Of a stretch of DNA of 64,000 nucleotides, positions 37,419 to 44,954 are shown one piece after another. The notes beneath the pieces were generated by a model. That model saw only the letters and a program-made list of their open reading frames with translations. It searched no databases and was not told the origin of the DNA. Origin of the DNA: an uncultured Desulfurococcaceae archaeon (GTDB lineage: Archaea; Thermoproteota; Thermoprotei_A; Sulfolobales; NBVN01); NCBI GenBank assembly GCA_964655125.1, contig CAZZLT010000052.1:9273-73272 (forward strand), written 5' to 3'. Both the position numbers and the translations under genes were made by a program. Position 1 is the stretch's first letter. Every line of letters starts with the position of its first letter.

Positions 37419-37676
37419 TTATCTGAAAGTACCTATTAAGTTATCATCTATAAATACTGAAATAACAGGTATTGTCTTCCCTCTAATCCCTATCCTAACT
37501 CTATGTTTTTCAGAATTACCTACGTTAAATTCTAAGTTGATGGGTTTTCCAGTTAATACAGTAGTGTTAATTACACCATCATCAACAATTATTGAGATTT
37601 TACTAGAAAACATATCGTAGTCTACAATCACTGTATGTAATTCTTTCTCACCAACTGTAAACTTAATGTGTTGCAT
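37419..37676 (-). CDS. hypothetical small beta-rich protein
   Basis: 85-aa ORF; no family recognised. The overlapping plus-strand ORF 37348-37620 is judged spurious. Confidence 0.45.
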   Translation of the reverse strand: MQHIKFTVGEKELHTVIVDYDMFSSKISIIVDDGVINTTVLTGKPINLEFNVGNSEKHRVRIGIRGKTIPVISVFIDDNLIGTFR

Positions 37677-37716
37677 TCTAACACCGTATAGTAAGTTCTT
37701 AATATAGTTAAATTAC

Positions 37717-38466
37717 TTACTGTTTCAACATCCTCATAAACACTATATAACCTGTATGACCTACCATCATAGTCTTAGGTCTTATAGCATCCTTCGAGAC
37801 CTCATACTCTCTAAGAAGTATTTCATAGGTCCTTAAATCTATGAATAAACCACTATCTAATACGTAATTAACTAACTTCTCAACTTGATTAATTGATGGT
37901 AGGAATGATATTACTGTTGCTGAAGGTTTTAAAGCCTTTGCTAGCGTGTTAAGAGCGTTCCAAGGGTCTGGTATATCTAGAATTGCTGAATCAATATCGT
38001 AGTCCTCCACCTCAGTCCTCACATCCTTATTTCTGAAAGTAACTCTATTTTCTAAACCTACTAGTCTTAAGTTCTCTAAAGCCACGTCAATACGTTTCTT
38101 ATCTATTTCATAGGCGTATACATGACCTTCATCACCTACATACCTAGCTATAACAGCTGTTAAGAATCCAGTACCAACACCTCCCTCAATTACTTTACTA
38201 CCTGGGCGTATATCAGCTAATAATGCTATGAAGCCTAAGTCCTTAGGGTATATTACCTGAGTAACCCTCTTAAACCCCTTGAACATGTAATCTATTAAGG
38301 TAGGTCTTAACACGCAGGCCTTAACACCAGTACTTAACTTAACAACACTACCATACTCTACACCTACGATATCATCTAATGTTATAGAACCCTTATCAGT
38401 AGATACCTTCCTACCCTTAACAACCTTAACTAATTTAGACCTCCTCTCATCAACGTAGAGTAACAC
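37717..38466 (-). CDS. trmI: tRNA (adenine(57/58)-N1)-methyltransferase TrmI (Gcd14 family)
   Basis: 249-aa ORF with a GTG start, TQVIYPKD, SAM motif VIEGGVGTGFLT and LDIPDPWNAL. Confidence 0.85.
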   Translation of the reverse strand: MLLYVDERRSKLVKVVKGRKVSTDKGSITLDDIVGVEYGSVVKLSTGVKACVLRPTLIDYMFKGFKRVTQVIYPKDLGFIALLADIRPGSKVIEGGVGTGFLTAVIARYVGDEGHVYAYEIDKKRIDVALENLRLVGLENRVTFRNKDVRTEVEDYDIDSAILDIPDPWNALNTLAKALKPSATVISFLPSINQVEKLVNYVLDSGLFIDLRTYEILLREYEVSKDAIRPKTMMVGHTGYIVFMRMLKQ

Positions 38467-38487
38467 GTATGAACCGTAGTTTACGGC

Positions 38488-38541
38488 TCGGTTCTGATGT
38501 CCTACATCATCATTCAGAAATACCAGCCCTCCTCACAGCCG
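38488..38541 (-). ncRNA. possible compact box C/D sRNA with variant C box GUGAGGA
   Basis: The minus strand reads UCGG-CU-GUGAGGA(38530-38536)-GGGCUGGUAUUU(12)-CUGA-A-UGAUGA-UGUAGGACAU(10)-CAGA(38493-38496)-A-CCGA. A terminal stem UCGG/CCGA flanks the boxes. The D'-C' spacer is unusually short. Confidence 0.4.
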
Positions 38542-38610
38542 ACTACTCTAAGAATTCCTAAGTACTTAAACTTAAAAATATGATATCAGCTAAAACATCA
38601 TTGATAATTA

Positions 38611-38838
38611 CTAATTAATTTTAAGGATCTTAACATTATCTGTAGCAACCCTTATAGTACGTTGTTTAGACTTATTAACATTATCTAACTCTTCATCACT
38701 AAACCATAACTCCTTCTTAAGTAAATCCCTAATAGCGACTCTTATAGCCTCACTCCTACATGAATACCTACCTAGTCTAACAAGTTCATCAATACCATCA
38801 ATATATGTATCAGGTATTTTTACAGTGATTATCCTCAA
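38611..38838 (-). CDS. ribbon-helix-helix (CopG/Arc-type) DNA-binding protein
   Basis: 75-aa ORF; ITVKIPDTYIDGIDELV..GRYSCRSEAIRVAIRDLL is a textbook RHH. Confidence 0.8.
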   Translation of the reverse strand: MRIITVKIPDTYIDGIDELVRLGRYSCRSEAIRVAIRDLLKKELWFSDEELDNVNKSKQRTIRVATDNVKILKIN

Positions 38839-38909
38839 GGTACTCGCCTATTTACACGTTTAAATCAAATTAACTTAAAAGGATTACGACGTAATTAAAC
38901 CTTAGTAGG

Positions 38910-39635
38910 GTGGTAGTTATATTACCTATTAAGATATATGCAGTAGGTGACGTACATGGTCTTAGGTACTTCAACATATTCTTAGCATCGTTAAAATCTT
39001 TAATTAACTCAAGACCTAACTTAATAATATTTGCTGGTGATATGATTGATGGTGGTAATGTTAGAGAACTTAAATTAGTAGTAGATGCTGTAAGGTTTAG
39101 ATTTAATGATGTACCTATAATTGCTGTCTTCGGTAATGAAGAATATCAGGAAGTTGAGGAGAGGTTAATTAAGGAATACCCGGAAATCACATGGCTTAAC
39201 GATAGCCCTACAGTACTGTATGTAGATAATGTGAGGATCGGGATCGTAGGTAGTAGAGGATCTCTGGAAAAGTTGACTTACTGGCAGAGTAAGAATAAAC
39301 CGATGTTGGAGAAGGTCTATAAAGAGAGAGTATTAATAATTAAGAAGTTAATTAATGAAATTAAGAAGGTATCCGATATCTCCATATACGTATCTCACTA
39401 CGCTCCAACGTTTATCACAGTAAAAGGTGAACCTAATAGGATACTACCGTTTATGGGTTCTAGAGATATGGAAAACACTATTAGGGAATCTAAGCCAAAT
39501 ATAGCAATACATGCACATGCACATAACTCTAAAGTCTTAGAGGCAGTTATAGATGGTGTAAGAATTTATAACGTATCATTACCTGCAAGGAAAGGGATAA
39601 CAGTAATAAATCTAATACCACCTCTAAAGACTTAG
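38910..39635 (+). CDS. metallophosphoesterase (calcineurin-like)
   Basis: 241-aa ORF with a GTG start and motifs GDVHG, GDMIDGG, GNEE, SHYAP and HAHAH. Confidence 0.8.
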   Translation: MVVILPIKIYAVGDVHGLRYFNIFLASLKSLINSRPNLIIFAGDMIDGGNVRELKLVVDAVRFRFNDVPIIAVFGNEEYQEVEERLIKEYPEITWLNDSPTVLYVDNVRIGIVGSRGSLEKLTYWQSKNKPMLEKVYKERVLIIKKLINEIKKVSDISIYVSHYAPTFITVKGEPNRILPFMGSRDMENTIRESKPNIAIHAHAHNSKVLEAVIDGVRIYNVSLPARKGITVINLIPPLKT

Positions 39636-39737
39636 TAAGCTATGTTAGAGGATGTTAGTAATTAAAGCATTATAGGTATGATACTTACATCAGTGGATAC
39701 TTAACACTCACTTCAACATCATTAATAACTCTACTTA

Positions 39738-40577
39738 TTATTTCTCAATAGTGAGTAAGGATAATAATGTTGAAGTACATAATATTGGGATCATATCGTT
39801 GAAGTTTAAACCCTTACTCCTTAATTCCTTATCAAGTCTATATAACTCGTTAGTTATACTTGATTGTTTAGTAGTTGTTATTTTAAACGATAAGCCGTAA
39901 ATATTCTCTAACCCATGAAGGTATGCTGATATAGTTGCTAAGTTAAGGTCGTAAGTCTCCTCATAAACTTTTATGAATTTACTACTCATACCTACTATGA
40001 TGTCTAACTTATCAACTAACGTTGTGAGGGGACGTATATGCTTACCTAATACTTGATAAATACTCCTTAAGTTCATATGATTAGTCCTGATAACGCCTTC
40101 AGTAAGTCCTGAATCCTCAAATACCTTACTAAACTTATCTAGTTTTTTGAGGACCCCATATACTTCTAAAGCATCACTAACATCTGAGTATGTCATCATA
40201 GTCGTAAGTGCTTTTCTAAAAGTACTTAAGTTAAACTGTTTCTCGTTAGTTAATGTGTAGGAGGACGCTATAACTGTAGGGATTAACGTTATATGTAATT
40301 CTACAACTGTGTTGATACCTAGCTTACTTAATGAGGATGTAATAGCTTGAGAAACTAACCTACCTATACCTACTGATGGGAAGCCAATAACTCCTTTAGC
40401 TACTGACTCACCTAACGTTACTGACTGTAAGTATGTATCTAATGCTGATACCACAGTCCTTACATACTTATACGTGTCTAAGTCATATATAGAGAATCTG
40501 TGTACAGCACCAGGTTTAACATAAGAATATACACTTAAGTCAATAGCTTCTACTAAGCATTGGAAAACCCTCAACAC
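39738..40577 (-). CDS. CitG-like (triphosphoribosyl-dephospho-CoA synthase family, COG1767-like) protein
   Basis: 279-aa helical ORF. The N-terminal LVEAIDLSVYSYVKPGAVHRFS resembles the E....PKPGNV.R start of the CitG/MdcB family. The call is weak and memory-based. Confidence 0.4.
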   Translation of the reverse strand: MLRVFQCLVEAIDLSVYSYVKPGAVHRFSIYDLDTYKYVRTVVSALDTYLQSVTLGESVAKGVIGFPSVGIGRLVSQAITSSLSKLGINTVVELHITLIPTVIASSYTLTNEKQFNLSTFRKALTTMMTYSDVSDALEVYGVLKKLDKFSKVFEDSGLTEGVIRTNHMNLRSIYQVLGKHIRPLTTLVDKLDIIVGMSSKFIKVYEETYDLNLATISAYLHGLENIYGLSFKITTTKQSSITNELYRLDKELRSKGLNFNDMIPILCTSTLLSLLTIEK

Positions 40578-40723
40578 CTACACCCAAACTTAAAACTTGT
40601 ACTAACTACTTAAAGTACTATCGTCTGTAATTCACCCTGAGTGGAAGCTTGCCCTTCAGGGCGGAGATATGTTATAGTAGTGTTATAAACCATTTGCTAC
40701 TACGTAAGTGGAGTTGGGTGTAG

Positions 40724-40840
40724 GCGAGCTTAACGAACTCTAACTAGTGAGTGAACCCCAGAGGACATAGAACACTCACCATTCATGATGAGGAACCGTC
40801 AGTTGAGAAGTCCTTACACACCTCATTAAAATTAACTCGT
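40724..40840 (+). ncRNA. candidate structured ncRNA with 5S-rRNA-like three-way junction (truncated, low G+C; possibly a 5S relic or operon leader)
   Basis: Three compatible helices can be read directly. Helix I is GCGAGCUUAA (40724-33) with UUAACUCGU (40832-40). Helix II is GUGAGUG (40747-53) with CACUCAC (40773-79). Helix III is UGAUGAGG (40786-93) with CCUCAUUA (40821-28). The motif order AGUGAG..GAACCC..CUCAC..UGAUGAGG..CCUCAUUAA is colinear with crenarchaeal 5S as I recall it. There is no ORF in the 342-nt gap. Confidence 0.4.
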
Positions 40841-40919
40841 AGATCCTTAGGAGGGGTTATTATAATGAGTAACTTAAAAACTTATTAGAGTGCTTAAACC
40901 CTAGCTTTAAGGAGATCGA

Positions 40920-42020
40920 ATGAGTAATGTAAGCTCTAGTGATATATGGTATATGATATTAATAGCTTTCTTCATACTATCATTCATACTTAACTTCACT
41001 GACATACCTCAGAGGATGCAGTTATGGAGATTTGCTTCATATGTTAGACGTAGGTTAATACAGCTTGACGAGATCGAGAATGATATTAGACGTAGGTTAG
41101 TTAGTTACTTAAGTAAGTTAAACGTAGCTTCACCTAAGGATGTAATAGATAACTTCATAAATAATTACTTCCTAATAGAACCTGTAAGTATAGAACCTAC
41201 AGATATCATTAGGAGATTAGCACATTTAATCAGTGTTAGAGATACTAGCGTTAAGGAATATGTAGATCGATACATACCTGGACTTCAGAAACCTGAGAGA
41301 CATAACGTGATCGTAGCTTTAGAGATAGCCTCAGCTATTAATAGCGTTAATAAAGTGTTAAAACATTATTTCAAGTTAGGTTTAAAGAATAATAACTGGA
41401 TACTACTGATGCAGTTAGCTCTTAGTATGCCTGAGATATTGAGGATAGTGAATGCTTATAGTAGGGCATTAGACGCTTTCTCAGTAGGTACTCCTATAGG
41501 TGATGGTGCAGGCCCATTAGTAGTTAGGTACTTAGTAGGTTCTGCAGAACCTAAGCCGATAGCTGAGGATACAGTATATTATGAAGTAGCACTTAATAAT
41601 AGGAAGGTATATGCTATTAAGGCTGAAGGGCCTGGTGCTACTGTAGGGAAGCCTGGTGAAGCTGTTGATAAACTTATAGGGATGTTAGGTGGTAATGTAG
41701 CGAGGGTAATTACTGTTGATGCAGCTCTCAGACTAGAGAGTGAGGATACCGGTGAGGTTGCTGAAGGTGTTGGAGCAGCTATAGGTGATATAGGTCCTGA
41801 GAAAATTAGTATTGAGAGAGCTGTAACTAAGTATGGGATACCCTTAGATGCTGTAGTTGTAAAGATGTCCATAGAGGAAGCTATAAATACTATGACTAAG
41901 GAGGTCTATGAGGGAGTCCTAAAAGCTCTTGAGAAGGTTAAGGAAGTGATAAATAGTAGGGTTAAGGAGGGGGAGGCAGTAGTAGTTGTTGGTGTAGGGA
42001 ATACTGTAGGTGTTCTCTAA
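40920..42020 (+). CDS. DUF1512-like membrane-anchored protein
   Basis: 366-aa ORF with an N-terminal TM helix, a helical middle part and a Gly-rich C-terminal domain (GDGAGP, GPGATVGKPGEA, GAAIGDIGPEK). The DUF1512 assignment is from memory. Confidence 0.5.
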   Translation: MSNVSSSDIWYMILIAFFILSFILNFTDIPQRMQLWRFASYVRRRLIQLDEIENDIRRRLVSYLSKLNVASPKDVIDNFINNYFLIEPVSIEPTDIIRRLAHLISVRDTSVKEYVDRYIPGLQKPERHNVIVALEIASAINSVNKVLKHYFKLGLKNNNWILLMQLALSMPEILRIVNAYSRALDAFSVGTPIGDGAGPLVVRYLVGSAEPKPIAEDTVYYEVALNNRKVYAIKAEGPGATVGKPGEAVDKLIGMLGGNVARVITVDAALRLESEDTGEVAEGVGAAIGDIGPEKISIERAVTKYGIPLDAVVVKMSIEEAINTMTKEVYEGVLKALEKVKEVINSRVKEGEAVVVVGVGNTVGVL

Positions 42021-42316
42021 TGATTCAATTCATTTCCTTAGATTACCTAACTATAATGCTGATAATCCTAACAGCATTACTATTCATCTTTACTATAATC
42101 TCTATGTTCACTCAGAAGAGAATGAGTAAAACAGCTACAACACCTAAAATCGTTGTTAAGATAAGATGTTTGAATAACGATTATAATGAGGAGAAAGAAT
42201 TTAACAAAGGATATTATGTAGGGTTAGAGACTGGTAAATGCCCGAAATGCGGGAGTAAATTAGTAGTTAACGCTATATACACTACAGGAGGTATTAAAGA
42301 GAAAGAGATTAAATAA
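42020..42316 (+). CDS. small membrane protein with C-terminal zinc-ribbon half-site
   Basis: 98-aa ORF. Its start ATG overlaps the upstream TAA (TAATG). It has one TM helix, then C..., CPKCG. Confidence 0.5.
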   Translation: MIQFISLDYLTIMLIILTALLFIFTIISMFTQKRMSKTATTPKIVVKIRCLNNDYNEEKEFNKGYYVGLETGKCPKCGSKLVVNAIYTTGGIKEKEIK

Positions 42317-42355
42317 ATAGGTCTAACCCTCACTTAAATACTTCATAATTAATTA

Positions 42356-43279
42356 TTAACAGTAGAGAGTAGGGTTGGTCGTTATTATCACTTCCTTACT
42401 AGTTATTAAGACTGTCTCCTCAAATTGTGATATATATGCTTTAGGTGATGACTCTATAAGTACTGGATACTGTCTTAACATGTTCTTCAACTTTAACGAA
42501 TTTAAAACCATCCTTAAGTTACTTAATGAGATCCTTAATTCTGAAAACCACCTCTCACAAAATGGTAATGTCCTAAACTTATTTAGGATGTAGTTAGTTA
42601 TCTGGACTTCCTGAGTTGTAAGTCCTTTAAATTTAGTCTTTGATAAAGCATAGATACTCACTTCACTACCCTCAATCACATAACCATTACCTGTAGAAAT
42701 GAATGGTTCTATAGCGTATGCCACCCCACGTCTGAACTTACCTAACTGCATTACATCACCGTAGTTAGGTATGATATCACCAGCATGAATTACATACCTA
42801 TCCATGCTATGACCACCTAAATTCTTAATAGGTTTAAATCCATACTTCTTCGCGGTCTCCTCAATAACCTTACCAACTGCTGAGAACTTCACACCCTCGT
42901 TAACAACTCTTAACGATTTTTCTAAAGCCTCCCTAGAAGCTTCAACTAAAGTATTTAGCTTATCATTATAACATAACGTTATTGCTGTATCAGCGATATA
43001 ACCATCAACATGAATCCCAATATCTATTTTTACGATATCGCCCTCCATAATAACTAAATTAACATCATCTAATAGAGGTGTTTTATGAGCAGCTACAGAA
43101 TTTATGGATATGTTTATCGGAAATGCTGGTTCACCACCGAGTTCTCTAATCATGTCCTCAGTAGTATTTGCTAACTCAAGTAATTTCACACCTGGTTTTA
43201 CATAACTATATAAGAACTGCTTCACCCTCCATGCAATATTACCAGCCTTTAAGTACTTACTGACTACCTCCTCATCCAT
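42356..43279 (-). CDS. map: methionine aminopeptidase, type II
   Basis: 307-aa ORF with a pita-bread fold (DIVKIDIGIHVDGYIADTA, GHSMDRY, EPF) and a helical insertion typical of archaeal type 2 MetAP. Confidence 0.9.
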   Translation of the reverse strand: MDEEVVSKYLKAGNIAWRVKQFLYSYVKPGVKLLELANTTEDMIRELGGEPAFPINISINSVAAHKTPLLDDVNLVIMEGDIVKIDIGIHVDGYIADTAITLCYNDKLNTLVEASREALEKSLRVVNEGVKFSAVGKVIEETAKKYGFKPIKNLGGHSMDRYVIHAGDIIPNYGDVMQLGKFRRGVAYAIEPFISTGNGYVIEGSEVSIYALSKTKFKGLTTQEVQITNYILNKFRTLPFCERWFSELRISLSNLRMVLNSLKLKNMLRQYPVLIESSPKAYISQFEETVLITSKEVIITTNPTLYC

Positions 43280-43302
43280 GACTTAACATCCTCAGAACCA
43301 CT

Positions 43303-43359
43303 GACCTCAGCCCTGCACGGGCTCTTCATCAATCCGACCTTTCGAGCCTCATCACATAT
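43303..43359 (-). ncRNA. possible box C/D sRNA
   Basis: The minus strand reads GUGAUGA(43349-43355)-GGCUCGAAAGGU(12)-CGGA-U-UGAUGA-AGAGCCCGUGCAGGG(15)-CUGA(43307-43310). The island is G+C-rich and lies between map and ubiX. The spacings are atypical (1-nt D'-C' spacer, 15-nt second guide). Confidence 0.45.
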
Positions 43360-43387
43360 TTAAATCATAACTACTAGGTTTATAAAG

Positions 43388-44029
43388 GTGACTATACTGC
43401 CTAAGCTAGTAGTAGGTATTAGCGGTGCTAGTGGTGTAATCTACGGGTTAAGACTACTAGATTACTTAAGTAAGTTAGGGAGTTATGAGACCTACGTAAT
43501 ATTAAGTAAGAATGCTGTTAAAGTTGCTGATCATGAATGCTGTAGTAAGGAATCGTTCATTAAGATAGTTAAGTCTAGATGTAGAGAATTATACGTAAGT
43601 AGTGACTTAAGCTCTCCCTTATCAAGTACGTCCTTCATATACAACTTCAATTCTATGATTATAATACCGTGTTCACTTAAAACTCTCGCAATGATAGCTA
43701 ACTCCATTCAGGGAAACCTACTGAGTAGGACTGCGTTAAACTTTCTAAGACTGAGGAAACCGTTGTTGCTAGTAATTAGGGAAACACCGTTAAGTACTAT
43801 AGATATAATTAATATGCTTAAGGCCTCATTAACTGGTGCAACGATACTACCTGCTAGCCCAGCATTTTACTCAAACCCTAAAAACTTAAGTGATGTTGTT
43901 GATTACGTTGTTGGGAAGGTATTAGATGTGTTAGGTATTGAAAATAAATTATATAGACGTTGGGGTGAGGATAGAGTTACTCAAGATAGATATCTTTGCG
44001 TCCAGTTCTTCGACCAAGAATGTCTTTAA
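43388..44029 (+). CDS. ubiX: UbiX-family flavin prenyltransferase
   Basis: 213-aa ORF with a GTG start. GISGASGVIYGLRLL and IIPCSLKTLA are typical of UbiX/Pad1 flavoproteins. Confidence 0.85.
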   Translation: MTILPKLVVGISGASGVIYGLRLLDYLSKLGSYETYVILSKNAVKVADHECCSKESFIKIVKSRCRELYVSSDLSSPLSSTSFIYNFNSMIIIPCSLKTLAMIANSIQGNLLSRTALNFLRLRKPLLLVIRETPLSTIDIINMLKASLTGATILPASPAFYSNPKNLSDVVDYVVGKVLDVLGIENKLYRRWGEDRVTQDRYLCVQFFDQECL

Positions 44030-44387
44030 CTTTACCACCACCAATATCGTATTTCTCAACTTCTTTAAAGAAGTCCTCAACCCCCTCACTAAACCTTATA
44101 GCTAGAGTACACACACCATTTGGTAGTAATGCTTTACGTTCGCAGAAAGCGAATTGACATCTATACCCTAAGCACTGATCACCAATCCATCTACACATTG
44201 CTGACTTCTGTACATGACCTTTTACAACTTTATTAACGAATACTAAGGAGTTCTTAGAACATTTAAAGAATGGACATAATTGATTACAGAACTTACCTAT
44301 TGGTAGTGGTTTTAACTCCTTACTACTACTACCATGCTGACCTTCAAATCTCTGGGGTTTACCTGCAGCTCCCACTAAACCCACCAC
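43977..44387 (-). CDS. cysteine-rich hypothetical protein
   Basis: 136-aa ORF with eight Cys in C-x4-C-x4-C ... C-x6-C-x4-C-x4-C-x10-C spacing (CNQLCPFFKC ... CRWIGDQCLGYRCQFAFCERKALLPNGVC). It begins 24 nt downstream of endA on the same strand, and its 3' end overlaps the ubiX 3' end by 53 nt (convergent). Confidence 0.5.
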   Translation of the reverse strand: MVGLVGAAGKPQRFEGQHGSSSKELKPLPIGKFCNQLCPFFKCSKNSLVFVNKVVKGHVQKSAMCRWIGDQCLGYRCQFAFCERKALLPNGVCTLAIRFSEGVEDFFKEVEKYDIGGGKVKDILGRRTGRKDIYLE

Positions 44388-44411
44388 ACTACCGGTACTC
44401 CCTAATAGTAC

Positions 44412-44951
44412 CTACGGTTTAAACCATTTAAACATTATGTAACTTACCTCTTTATCAGGATATATAACAGCTATTATCAACTTCTTCCTCACACTATGTG
44501 AGAGCCTACCCCAACCTATCAAGTCTCCAGGATCTATATTAGAGTTGAACCTGATCACCTTAATCAGATATGGTGCGTGTTCCAGCCCTGGTCTTAACCT
44601 ATATACAGCAAAGTCTGCACCGTACTTAAGACCTGACCTAACGATGAAACCCTCCTTCCTTAACTCCTTATAAACTAAGTACAGGTCTTCAAAATTATCT
44701 ACTCTACTAACAGCTATATCCTTAAACTCCTCTATACTTAACTCCCTACCTATATGTTCTACACTAATTACTTTATTTTCGAGGAGGTACATACCCTCAA
44801 TTAGAGATAACTCTAACGGTGATGAGATATCAGTATCTTTAGGTTTCTTAACACCTAACGGCTTACCAAAAAATCCTTGAGAAAATATTTTCCTAGCATC
44901 GTTAACATCGAATACTATTAGCTTAGACCCTACTAGTTGAGCTTTAATCAT
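44412..44951 (-). CDS. endA: tRNA-splicing endonuclease, catalytic subunit
   Basis: 179-aa ORF with a C-terminal catalytic domain: SGLKYGADFAVYRLRPGLEHAPYLIKV. Confidence 0.9.
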   Translation of the reverse strand: MIKAQLVGSKLIVFDVNDARKIFSQGFFGKPLGVKKPKDTDISSPLELSLIEGMYLLENKVISVEHIGRELSIEEFKDIAVSRVDNFEDLYLVYKELRKEGFIVRSGLKYGADFAVYRLRPGLEHAPYLIKVIRFNSNIDPGDLIGWGRLSHSVRKKLIIAVIYPDKEVSYIMFKWFKP

Positions 44952-44954
44952 AAC

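Noticed and set aside
37348-37620. 90-aa plus-strand ORF spanning the S25e start region and the 85-aa minus-strand ORF.
   Set aside because: It overlaps two better-supported minus-strand genes, and its sequence is low-complexity (PPLPPPITT..., ILTLCFSEL) with no start context. It is probably spurious, although the 85-aa minus-strand ORF it competes with is itself only a hypothetical.
40621-40720. Possible SRP (7S) RNA helix 8: the hairpin GCCC-UUCA-GGGC / CCCUGAAGGGCAAGC looks like the CCCGGAAGGGAGCAAC motif.
   Set aside because: There is no GNAR tetraloop with flanking AGCA/GGU symmetric-loop partners, no Alu-domain motifs, and the island is too short and too G+C-poor for a ~300-nt SRP RNA. 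The hairpins at about 40635-40661 and the GUAGUAG/CUACUAC stem remain unexplained but are not SRP-like.
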